Positions 1 through 8,593 of a stretch of DNA of 64,000 nt are shown here, piece after piece. How positions within the stretch are numbered: position 1 is the first letter of the stretch; the number at the start of each line of letters is the position of its first letter. Under the pieces are notes generated by a model. That model made no database searches. It had not been told where the DNA came from and was given only the letters and a program-made list of their open reading frames with translations. This stretch comes from Candidatus Liminaster caballi (GTDB taxonomy: Bacteria > Bacteroidota > Bacteroidia > Bacteroidales > UBA3663): positions 8,991 to 72,990 of the forward strand of contig JAGHUA010000061.1 in NCBI GenBank assembly GCA_018065085.1, in the 5' to 3' direction. Position numbers and translations under genes: made by a program.

Positions 1-45
1 CGTCTATATTAAGCATCACTGCATAAACACCGCATCATCATATCA

Positions 46-1302
46 ATGATCACCGATCTGATTGAAGAAATATACGTGTCGATGAGTCGCAACAAACTGC
101 GCATCGCTTTGACCGGATTCAGTATAGCATGGGGCATCTTTCTGCTCATTGTGCTGCTGGGTGCGGGCAATGGTCTTTTGCATGGCATGATGTCCAATTT
201 CTCTTCGCAGTCGGTCAATAAGATTCAGCTTTGGCCAGGCTATACATCGCTCGAAAAAGATGGACTGCCAAAGTGGCGAAACATCTATCTCGATGCCAAG
301 GATGTGGAGTATTTACATGGCGTTTTTCCTCGCGAGATTGCAGCTGTGCAGCCGTCGGTCAGCGTTGGTACTCAACTTGCCGTGGGCGACAATCATTCGT
401 CCGTGTCTCTTCAAGGTGTCTATCCTGAGGCGATAGCGATGAATGGCAACACCATCACCTATGGTCGCGGACTTAATGAGATGGATATCCGCGATCGTCG
501 CAAGGTGATCGTTCTCCATCAGAAGACCGCCGAAAAACTTTTCCTCGACGCTTCGCAGGCTGTCGGTCAGTGGGTCAAGGCCTATGATATCGAATACCGC
601 GTGGTCGGTGTGTATAAAGGAAAGAATGTGGCGCGCGAGGAACAGCCATACGTCCCTTTGACCACTGCCACATCAATCTACAAACCAGACGGACATTATT
701 CGAAGGTCACACTCCTGGTGCAGAATCTTGAGACAGCTGAGGCTAACGAGGATTTCAACAAAGCTCTTAAGGAAGTCATGTCGCACCATAAGCAATATGA
801 CCCAAATGATCCGAGTGCGCTTTGGTTGTGGAATTCTTACGAAGATTACCTTCAGACCCAGACTGCATTGAATGGCATTCAGTTCCTGATATGGATCATC
901 GGCATCGCCACACTTATTGCCGGTGTGACAGGCATCTCGAACATCATGCTCATCACAGTGCGCGAACGTACACATGAGTTCGGCATTCGCAAGGCCATCG
1001 GTGCTCGACCGATGGAGATAGTCCGTCTTGTTATCTTTGAGTCGATTGCCATCACCATGGTGTTTGGTTATGTGGGACTGTTCTTCGGCATCGGTCTGAC
1101 CGAGCTTGTCGGCATGATACTGTCGTTGGCAGATAACGGCAGTGAGGAAGGCTCATTCACAGTCTTCATGGATCCTACCGTCGATCTTAATATTGTTATT
1201 GCTGCCACCGTTGTGATGGTTATCGCCGGTGTTATTGCCGGTTATGTGCCCGCCAAACGTGCTGTCAGCATCAAACCAATCGAAGCACTCACAGCCTCAT
1301 AG
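46..1302 (+). CDS. ABC-type efflux permease, MacB/FtsX family (permease-only subunit)
   Basis: 418-aa ORF with an N-terminal TM helix, a large extracytoplasmic domain and C-terminal FtsX-type helices. Carries the motif ISNIMLITVRERTHEFGIRKAIGA typical of MacB/LolCE permeases. A paralogue follows 4 nt downstream. Confidence 0.85.
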   Translation: MITDLIEEIYVSMSRNKLRIALTGFSIAWGIFLLIVLLGAGNGLLHGMMSNFSSQSVNKIQLWPGYTSLEKDGLPKWRNIYLDAKDVEYLHGVFPREIAAVQPSVSVGTQLAVGDNHSSVSLQGVYPEAIAMNGNTITYGRGLNEMDIRDRRKVIVLHQKTAEKLFLDASQAVGQWVKAYDIEYRVVGVYKGKNVAREEQPYVPLTTATSIYKPDGHYSKVTLLVQNLETAEANEDFNKALKEVMSHHKQYDPNDPSALWLWNSYEDYLQTQTALNGIQFLIWIIGIATLIAGVTGISNIMLITVRERTHEFGIRKAIGARPMEIVRLVIFESIAITMVFGYVGLFFGIGLTELVGMILSLADNGSEEGSFTVFMDPTVDLNIVIAATVVMVIAGVIAGYVPAKRAVSIKPIEALTAS

Positions 1303-1305
1303 CCT

Positions 1306-2559
1306 ATGACTGAACTTTGGCAAGAGATATGGCAGACGATCAGGCGTAACAAATGGCGTTCGCTGATGACGGCATTCGGTGTCTTCTGGGGCATTCTGAT
1401 GCTGGTGGTGCTTGTTGGCCTTGGTCATGGTGTGTTCAATGGCATAGCCAGCTCGGTCAATAGCATACCGAGCAACAGTCTTATCCTCGGAGGCGGACAT
1501 ACATCAATGCCTTATAAGGGAATGGCCACAGACCGAAGCATCACGACCAAGAACGATGACATAGAAATGCTGCGCTCATTCCTTGGCGATAAAGCTAAAT
1601 ACATCATCCCGCAGAATGGAGCCGGCAGTATGACGGTCAATGTGGGTGAGAACAATATCAGCGCAGATGTTGTCGGTACAAATGCTGGGTATTATCATGT
1701 CATTCCGTCCGAGATGATTTACGGAAGATACATCAACGATGTTGATATTCATGAGCGACGCAAGGTCTGCGTCATCGGCATACGTGTCTATGAGACTCTT
1801 TTCCCGCAGGGTGGCGATCCGTGCGGAAAGCTCGTCAAGGTTGGCGAGATCTATTATACCGTGGTGGGTGTGGTCAGGAAACTTACCGGCATGATCAGTC
1901 TTGGAGAGGATGTCGATCAGTCGCTTGTCTTGCCTATCAATACTCTTCAGCTGTCGTATGGTCATGGCAGTAACGTCTATAGCATCATTGTCACGATGCA
2001 TGACCAATATGACGTCAAGGTGTGGGAGGACAGGATTCTTGCCGCCATGAAAGAGAAATATCTGGTTCATCCTGACGACAAATCAGCATTCTGGAGCTTC
2101 AATCTCTCGGAGATCATATCTATGTTCAATAACTTGTTCCTTGGCATCAACATCCTGCTGTGGATTGTCGGTTGCGGCAGTCTGTTTGCCGGACTTATCG
2201 GCATTTCGAACATCATGCTCGTGACCGTCAAGGAACGTACTCAGGAGATTGGCATACGTCGCGCTCTCGGTGCCAAGCCTAAGACCATTCTCACCCAGAT
2301 TCTGTGCGAGAGTCTTGTGCTGACCATTGCAGCAGGCATCACCGGTCTGGTGTTGGGAGTGTGGATTCTCAACGTGGTTGGCATCTTTGTCGATGTCTCG
2401 GCTGGCAGCAGCGATTTCCCGATGGCCAATCCGCAGATTGAGTTCTCGGTGGCAGTTTCGGCTCTCTTTGTCATCATCATTGGCGGACTTCTTGCGGGTT
2501 GGATGCCTGCCAAGAGGGCCATGATGATCAAGGCAATCGAAGCCTTGCGCGAAGAATAG
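1306..2559 (+). CDS. ABC-type efflux permease, MacB/FtsX family (second paralogue)
   Basis: 417-aa ORF with the same architecture. Motif ISNIMLVTVKERTQEIGIRRALGA. Tightly packed in the operon. Confidence 0.85.
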   Translation: MTELWQEIWQTIRRNKWRSLMTAFGVFWGILMLVVLVGLGHGVFNGIASSVNSIPSNSLILGGGHTSMPYKGMATDRSITTKNDDIEMLRSFLGDKAKYIIPQNGAGSMTVNVGENNISADVVGTNAGYYHVIPSEMIYGRYINDVDIHERRKVCVIGIRVYETLFPQGGDPCGKLVKVGEIYYTVVGVVRKLTGMISLGEDVDQSLVLPINTLQLSYGHGSNVYSIIVTMHDQYDVKVWEDRILAAMKEKYLVHPDDKSAFWSFNLSEIISMFNNLFLGINILLWIVGCGSLFAGLIGISNIMLVTVKERTQEIGIRRALGAKPKTILTQILCESLVLTIAAGITGLVLGVWILNVVGIFVDVSAGSSDFPMANPQIEFSVAVSALFVIIIGGLLAGWMPAKRAMMIKAIEALREE

Positions 2560-2602
2560 ACACTCCCCAATTTGAAACTAATAAACTCCATAATATAAAA
2601 AT

Positions 2603-3712
2603 ATGAAGAAGCTAATAAAGATTGTTCTATGGTGCGTTGCAGGCCTGTTTGTGGTCTATACCTTCTTTTTCCTTTATCAGAAGTCACAGCCGGAGGTTGT
2701 GGAGTACGAACTGCTACAGCCGGAGGTGCGCGACATCCTCAAGACCTCGGTGGCAAGCGGTAGGGTAGAACCACGCGATGAGGTGAATGTCAAGCCGCAG
2801 ATCCAGGGCATCATCACCGAACTCTATGTTGAAGCCGGTGACCGTGTGAAGGTTGGCGACCCATTGGCAAAGGTATCGGTTATTCCTGACATGTCGCAGC
2901 TTGCCAATGCCCAGAGTCAGGTACGCACCACACAGCTCACTCTCGAAGAGACCGAACGCGAGTACGCGCGTATCGAGACGCTTTATCAGAAAGGTGTGGC
3001 GTCTAAGGAAGAGTATGAGCAGGCTCAGAACAATCTGCATAAGGTGAGGGAACAGGCACAGAGTGCACAGGACGCATTGGACATCGTCACCGACGGCATC
3101 AGCAAGCGTGCCGGAAAGATCAATACCACCATCGTGCGCAGCACCATCACCGGCACTATCCTCGACGTCCCCGTTAAGATCGGTACATCTGTCATCAACG
3201 CAAACTCGTTCAACGAAGGTACAACGGTTGCTGTCGTAGCCGATATGAGTGACATCATCTTCCGTGGCAATATCGACGAGACGGAGGTCGGTCGTCTTCA
3301 TACGGGCATGAACATCAATCTGACAATCGGTGCCATTCAGGGAATCCGGCTTCCTGCCGTTCTTGAATATATTTCTCCTAAGGGCACATCAAGCAATGGC
3401 GCTATCATGTTCGAGATCAAGGCTGCAGCGCAGATTCCTGACACCATTACCGTACGTGCAGGCTATAGTGCCAATGCCGAGATCCTTCTTGCCGAACGTC
3501 ATCAGGTGATGGCTGTGCCTGAGAGCGCCATCGAGTTCTCGCACGATTCCACATTCGTTTACAGTCTTACCTCTGAGCCCGGTGTCTTGCCACAGACTTT
3601 CGATCGTATTCCTGCCAATGTCGGCATGAGCGACGGTCTTTACATCGAGATTTTGGATGGTGTCTCGGAGGGCATGAACCTGCGAGGCAATCTTAAGACA
3701 GAAAAAGATTAA
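2603..3712 (+). CDS. Efflux periplasmic adaptor (membrane-fusion protein, HlyD/MacA type)
   Basis: 369 aa with an N-terminal membrane anchor and a coiled-coil hairpin (QLTLEETEREYARIETLYQKGVASKEEYEQAQ) flanked by barrel-sandwich-like segments. Sits between the permeases and the TolC-like gene. Confidence 0.85.
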   Translation: MKKLIKIVLWCVAGLFVVYTFFFLYQKSQPEVVEYELLQPEVRDILKTSVASGRVEPRDEVNVKPQIQGIITELYVEAGDRVKVGDPLAKVSVIPDMSQLANAQSQVRTTQLTLEETEREYARIETLYQKGVASKEEYEQAQNNLHKVREQAQSAQDALDIVTDGISKRAGKINTTIVRSTITGTILDVPVKIGTSVINANSFNEGTTVAVVADMSDIIFRGNIDETEVGRLHTGMNINLTIGAIQGIRLPAVLEYISPKGTSSNGAIMFEIKAAAQIPDTITVRAGYSANAEILLAERHQVMAVPESAIEFSHDSTFVYSLTSEPGVLPQTFDRIPANVGMSDGLYIEILDGVSEGMNLRGNLKTEKD

Positions 3713-3715
3713 GCC

Positions 3716-5032
3716 ATGAGAACATTAGCTATATCTTTAGTTTCTTTGCTTTGCGTATTTTCTGTCAATGCCCAGACGATGAGCCTCGACGATTGCATCA
3801 AATATGCACTTGAGCATAATACCAATATTCAACAGCGTCAGCTGGCTGAAGAGAACCAGCGCATCTCGCTCGACAATACGCGCAAGTCTCGTCTCCCAAG
3901 TCTTGATGCATCTTTGGGACAGGGTTGGGGTTTCGGTCGAAGCACCGGACGTGACGGTTCTACAATCGACCGCACTTCGTCCAACACCAGTTTCTCAATC
4001 GGAACATCAGTCCCGCTGTTTACAGGTTTCCGTATTCCTAATCAGATTAAGTCCGAACAGTATTCGTTGAAGGCTGCATCTGAGAACCTGCGCCTGGCCC
4101 GCCGCAATGTGAGCGTACAGGTCGTTACATATTACCTCAATGCTCTCTATTACCGTGGTTTGGTCGATGTGCAGCGTCGGCAGGTAGAACTTGATCGTGC
4201 CGCGCTCGATAAGGCACGCAGCCTTTATGAAGCCGGCAAGCGTCCGCAGTCGGAGGTAGTGTCTGCCGAGGCTCAGGTAGCGCTTTCCGAACACAGCCTC
4301 ACCGAAGCCGCAGGCAATGAGATGCTTGCTCGCCTTGACCTTATGCAGATGCTCAATCTTGAGGGCGATGTGCGTCAGTTTAATATCGTCAGCATTGATA
4401 CCACCGCAGCCTCTGTCACGTCGGCAGGTTCTTTGTCTCAGCCGGATATAGTCTTTGAACAGGCTGTGGCAAACTATCCGTCGATCCTTGCAGCTCAGTA
4501 TAATCTCGAAAGCAGTCGCTATCAGCTCAAGTCGGCTCGCAGCGGCTATCTGCCAAAGTTGTCGCTCAATGCACAGTATAGCAATAGCTACAACTATATA
4601 TATAACATGCAGAATATGAGTTTCAGCAAGCAGCTCGATCTCAACGGCAGCGAATATGTTGGTCTTTCGCTCAGCATCCCGATTTTCGACCGTTTCCAGA
4701 CGCGCAACAGTCTTCGTCAGGCACGTCTGAATATCGAGAGCCAGAACACATCGCTTGTCGAGGCACGTCAGTCGCTCTTCAAGGAGATTCAGCAGGCTTA
4801 TTGGAATGCCCAAAAGGCTCGCGACAACTTTGCGTCGGCTCAGAAAGCCAATGCTTCGACTTCGCTTGCCTATCAGTATGAGGCTGATCGTTATGAAGCA
4901 GGAAAAGGCACGGCTTACGACCTTCAGCAGGCTCGTACTCGCATGGAGAAAGCCGCTTACGATGAGCTACAGGCCAAATTTGAATATTTCATGCGCATCA
5001 AAGTCCTTGAGTCATATCTTCAGGAAGAATAA
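3716..5032 (+). CDS. TolC-family outer-membrane efflux protein
   Basis: 438 aa with a signal peptide (...CVFSVNAQ) and the two-repeat OEP/TolC-like helical/beta pattern. Starts 4 nt after the adaptor gene. Confidence 0.85.
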   Translation: MRTLAISLVSLLCVFSVNAQTMSLDDCIKYALEHNTNIQQRQLAEENQRISLDNTRKSRLPSLDASLGQGWGFGRSTGRDGSTIDRTSSNTSFSIGTSVPLFTGFRIPNQIKSEQYSLKAASENLRLARRNVSVQVVTYYLNALYYRGLVDVQRRQVELDRAALDKARSLYEAGKRPQSEVVSAEAQVALSEHSLTEAAGNEMLARLDLMQMLNLEGDVRQFNIVSIDTTAASVTSAGSLSQPDIVFEQAVANYPSILAAQYNLESSRYQLKSARSGYLPKLSLNAQYSNSYNYIYNMQNMSFSKQLDLNGSEYVGLSLSIPIFDRFQTRNSLRQARLNIESQNTSLVEARQSLFKEIQQAYWNAQKARDNFASAQKANASTSLAYQYEADRYEAGKGTAYDLQQARTRMEKAAYDELQAKFEYFMRIKVLESYLQEE

Positions 5033-5071
5033 GCCGTCTTTTCTTATATACGTGCCTTTTCTCAAATATTC

Positions 5072-6490
5072 ATGTCTCTTAGCCCTGAACAGATAGCCAA
5101 GATACGCCAGAAAGAAGCAAAAACGCCCGATGCCCTGAAGCGTAATCCCCTCAATGATTACACTGAGGGTTGGTTTCATGTGACGCTCAACGTGCGTGGC
5201 GAAGCACCTGTGCTGGGGTATATCGTTGGCGATGCCGAAGCCCCGGGAGGCAGCGAAAATGCGCCGCGCTGCATCTTGACGGAGCTGGGAAAGAGGGTGG
5301 AGGAGAGCTGGAAAAGCAATCCTTCGTTCTATCCGGGCATCGAGAATATTGAATTCCAAATAATGCCCGATCATGTGCATGGATTGGTACATTTAAAATC
5401 TGAGAACCAAAAGCATCTTGGACAAATTGTTTATGGATTCATGGTTGGATGTACTCACGCATATTGGGACACGCTGGGCATACCTTGGCGTGAGATGACA
5501 TATGAGAAAGGCGCACGTGCGCCGCAATGGCAGGATCGTGATCACACGCGATCTTTCCGTGGGCCTGCGCTTTTTGTGCGTGGCTATAATGATGTGGAGG
5601 CTATTGGCGAGGAAGAGATAGAGATTAAGCGGCAATATATTCGCAATAATCCGCGCAAGAGGTTGATAACACGCTCCAAACCGGATTGCTTCCGAATCCA
5701 TCGCAATATGAAGAGCGCCAATTGGACGCCAGAGCGCATCATGAAAGGACTATGCGCAGACCGTTATATTGCGGCAGACTGTAACAAGCAGGTGGAGGCA
5801 TGGCAGCAAGTGACGGTGAAAGGGATTAGGAACAACCGAGGCAAGGTGAGCGCAACGCTTAATATGCAAACACAAACAAATACTCCGCCAGAATGTGCGG
5901 CAGTTAATGCTTGCACGGCTGTTGGCTATTTAGCTCATGCCCAAGTTCTCGGCAATCATGTTCTCAGTCATCAAGTATCCATCCGCCCTGTCATCGACCT
6001 TGTGGGCAATATGGATTTACTCCAGCGACCACTGTTTCCACTCGTCTGCCATAGAGCCGATGCGCATCTGTTCGAACAACAGAAAGCGGCAGTGCTGAAG
6101 GTGGCAAGGGAACAGGGTGGAGTGATAGTCACAGCGTGCGTAAGCCCTAAGGAAAGAGCCATTGTGAAACTGTTGCAACAGGAACTTCTGCCTGTTATCG
6201 AAGTGATGGACAACGGTTTCAGTGATAAATACAAGCCGACAGGCAAGAACTTCTATGCCGTGGCAGAACAGCGACGGTTGGAGGTTTCTCCTTGGCAATA
6301 CGAATACCGGCAGCGAGAATGGCGACCGGTTAAGGACGGACATTGCAACCCTGTTCTTGATGCCAACGGTAACCTCGAGATGGAAGAAATACCAGACATC
6401 ACGCGTGAGATGTGCATGGTTATGAATGAACTGGTGCGCATGATTGCGAAAAAAACAGATGACTGGTGGAAACTCACAGACCCCATGTGA
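5072..6490 (+). CDS. RAYT-like (IS200-like Y1/HUH) domain protein with a ~265-aa uncharacterised C-terminal extension
   Basis: 472 aa. N-terminal ~205 aa carry GWFHVTLNVRGEAPVLG, the HUH motif IMPDHVHGLVHL and the catalytic-Tyr helix IKRQYIRNNPRKRL (YIxxNP as in REP-associated tyrosine transposases). I cannot assign the C-terminal part. No flanking hairpins and no tnpB. Confidence 0.6.
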   Translation: MSLSPEQIAKIRQKEAKTPDALKRNPLNDYTEGWFHVTLNVRGEAPVLGYIVGDAEAPGGSENAPRCILTELGKRVEESWKSNPSFYPGIENIEFQIMPDHVHGLVHLKSENQKHLGQIVYGFMVGCTHAYWDTLGIPWREMTYEKGARAPQWQDRDHTRSFRGPALFVRGYNDVEAIGEEEIEIKRQYIRNNPRKRLITRSKPDCFRIHRNMKSANWTPERIMKGLCADRYIAADCNKQVEAWQQVTVKGIRNNRGKVSATLNMQTQTNTPPECAAVNACTAVGYLAHAQVLGNHVLSHQVSIRPVIDLVGNMDLLQRPLFPLVCHRADAHLFEQQKAAVLKVAREQGGVIVTACVSPKERAIVKLLQQELLPVIEVMDNGFSDKYKPTGKNFYAVAEQRRLEVSPWQYEYRQREWRPVKDGHCNPVLDANGNLEMEEIPDITREMCMVMNELVRMIAKKTDDWWKLTDPM

Positions 6491-8474
6491 GACTTGTGAC
6501 GCGGAATGCGGTGCGGCGGTTGATCTGATCGACTATGGCACGCTGGTCATTGCTCAGCGAGTTGGCGTATTCTTCATCGAGAACCTGACCGATCGGCAGG
6601 AAATCATATTTAAGCGACAATTTTTCATCCACAACAACCGGCTCGGACTTGCCATAGCCAACAGGTTCGAGTCGGCCTTCGTCAATGCCCTGACTGACAA
6701 GATAATCGCATACCGATTGGGCACGGCGCTGCGAGAGATCGAGATTATAGGCCTGTGAACCGACACGGTCGGTATGAGCCGAGAGTTCGATGGTGCAATA
6801 AGGATTGTCGTTGAGCATCTGCACAAGATCGTCGAGCGAAGGATAAGATTCTTCGCGCAGGGTAGCTTGATTATAGTCGTAGAAGATATTGTCAACGAGA
6901 ATCGGCTCGGTTATGGACGGCAGGATAAAATCCACCTGATATTCGGCGTCTTCCTCTTCTGGGTCGGATGTGAACTGAGCCTTACGGTTGAGATAGCCTT
7001 GTTTGCCCGACATCATAACATATTCCGTCGAACGGTCGATATTGACTTCATAGGTGCCGTCGGGTTTGGTCACCGACTTAAAGTTCATTCCGTTGCGACC
7101 CACAACACGCACTATGGCTTCGGCAATAGGTTCGTCTTCAGTGTCGAACACCGTACCGGTAATCTTGACGGTGATTGACGGCAGCAGGAAACTGTATATA
7201 TTGTCATAACCCTTGCCCTGATTGCGGTTCGAGCTGAACCATCCTTCCTGTTTGGCTGTGGTCTTGTGCATGAATGTCATGCCGAAATCATCGCCAGCCG
7301 AGTTGATTGGCACACCGAGATGTTCGACGTGCCAAGTGTCCCAATCGTCAAGTCGTGCGCTATATATGTCAAGGCCGCCAAGACCTTCGCGACCGTTGCT
7401 CGAAAAATAGAGCAGACCGTCGGGCGAGAATGTAGGGAACATCTCGTCGCCAGGAGTGTTGATAGCTTCTCCGAGATTCTCAGGCACGCCTGGTTCGCCC
7501 GATTCCATCGAACATCGCCAGATGTCAAGACCACCAAGACCTCCCATCATGTCGCTGACAAAATACAGATAGCGGCCGTCAGGCGTGATGGCCGGGTGGG
7601 CGATTGTTGACAGAGTGTCACCCATGATCTTGAGCATAGTGCCCTTGCTCCACGAAGCGTCAGAACGTCGAGAGACGTAGATCTGCGGCGATGCCGGCAT
7701 ACCGTCGCCACCGCCGGCACATGTGTAGTACATTGTCTGTCCGTCGGTCGAGAAATAAGGCGTTCCTTCGTCATACTTAGTGCTGACCTCGCCTGCCGAT
7801 TCGGGTTTCAGCCATCGACCCTTGTCGTCCTTGCGCGTCACCCAGATATCGCAATATTTCGTGCCTGTGATGTTGCTCGTCTCGTCGCCTTCCACCTTGT
7901 CGTTGCTTGTGGTGAAATACAGTTCATCATCTTCCTCGCCCCAGATGGCAGGACTGAACTCTGCCCTTCGCGAGTTGATCAATGCAAATCGTTTGACCTC
8001 ATAGCGGCTGCCGTCCAGTTTCCATTGCGCAGCCTGGGCCGCACCCTCAAGACCGGCCTTTGCCTCATCATCGTCGGGCAGGATTTCGAGTTGCATCTGA
8101 TAGTATTTGATAGCCTCCTTGTACTTGCCGGCATGATGGTGAGCCTTGGCGATGCGCAGCAGAAGTGTCGGGTCTTCATAGCCGTAGCGCTGTGCATTGA
8201 GATATGATGCGGAAGCCTGAGCCGGAATCATGAGTTTGTCATAGCAAACACCCATGTGCCATGCCACCTCGGCACGTTTCTCGCGGTCGGTGCGGGCGTT
8301 GGTCTTTCGATAAACCTGCTTTAGTGTCTGCGATGCCTTGTAGTATTCTCCACGTTCAATCTCCTGCAGTGCGGTGCTGAGCTTTGCCGTCTGACATGAT
8401 GCCAGACAACATACCATAATGAGGGTCAGAAGTGGGGAAATGCTTATTTTCATCATATAAAAAACGTCCGACAT
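6474..8474 (-). CDS. OmpA-family lipoprotein with TPR, TolB-like (PD40) beta-propeller and C-terminal OmpA peptidoglycan-binding domain
   Basis: 666 aa with a lipoprotein-like signal (LIMVCCLASCQ). The start may be the Met at 8456 or 8453. Contains TPR-like helices, repeated PD40-type motifs (SPDG..LYF.S, GG.DI) and an OmpA_C signature (IELSAHTDRVGSQAYNLDLSQRRAQSV). Confidence 0.85.
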   Translation of the reverse strand: MSDVFYMMKISISPLLTLIMVCCLASCQTAKLSTALQEIERGEYYKASQTLKQVYRKTNARTDREKRAEVAWHMGVCYDKLMIPAQASASYLNAQRYGYEDPTLLLRIAKAHHHAGKYKEAIKYYQMQLEILPDDDEAKAGLEGAAQAAQWKLDGSRYEVKRFALINSRRAEFSPAIWGEEDDELYFTTSNDKVEGDETSNITGTKYCDIWVTRKDDKGRWLKPESAGEVSTKYDEGTPYFSTDGQTMYYTCAGGGDGMPASPQIYVSRRSDASWSKGTMLKIMGDTLSTIAHPAITPDGRYLYFVSDMMGGLGGLDIWRCSMESGEPGVPENLGEAINTPGDEMFPTFSPDGLLYFSSNGREGLGGLDIYSARLDDWDTWHVEHLGVPINSAGDDFGMTFMHKTTAKQEGWFSSNRNQGKGYDNIYSFLLPSITVKITGTVFDTEDEPIAEAIVRVVGRNGMNFKSVTKPDGTYEVNIDRSTEYVMMSGKQGYLNRKAQFTSDPEEEDAEYQVDFILPSITEPILVDNIFYDYNQATLREESYPSLDDLVQMLNDNPYCTIELSAHTDRVGSQAYNLDLSQRRAQSVCDYLVSQGIDEGRLEPVGYGKSEPVVVDEKLSLKYDFLPIGQVLDEEYANSLSNDQRAIVDQINRRTAFRVTSLTWGL

Positions 8475-8549
8475 CGCAAAAAATTGTATAAATCACATGC
8501 TATTTGCACATTTTTTTATATTATGTTTGCGCGTGTAAGTAAATTTTCA

Positions 8550-8557
8550 TATCTTTG
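8550..8557 (+). promoter_or_regulatory. Bacteroidetes -7 promoter box (TATCTTTG)
   Basis: Matches the TAnnTTTG consensus 37 nt upstream of the GH35 ATG. Confidence 0.45.
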
Positions 8558-8593
8558 CGCCATAATTAACCCAAATCTAATTAGTCATTTACA

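Noticed and set aside
1-2559. Missing ABC ATPase for the MacB-type efflux operon.
   Set aside because: Only 45 nt precede the first permease gene, so the ATPase gene most likely lies just upstream of the window edge. This is an edge effect, not an anomaly.
5072-6490. An active IS200/IS605-type insertion sequence.
   Set aside because: It has no tnpB, no subterminal hairpins and no target-site signature, and the ORF is more than twice the length of a TnpA. I report it as a domesticated or unknown HUH protein instead.
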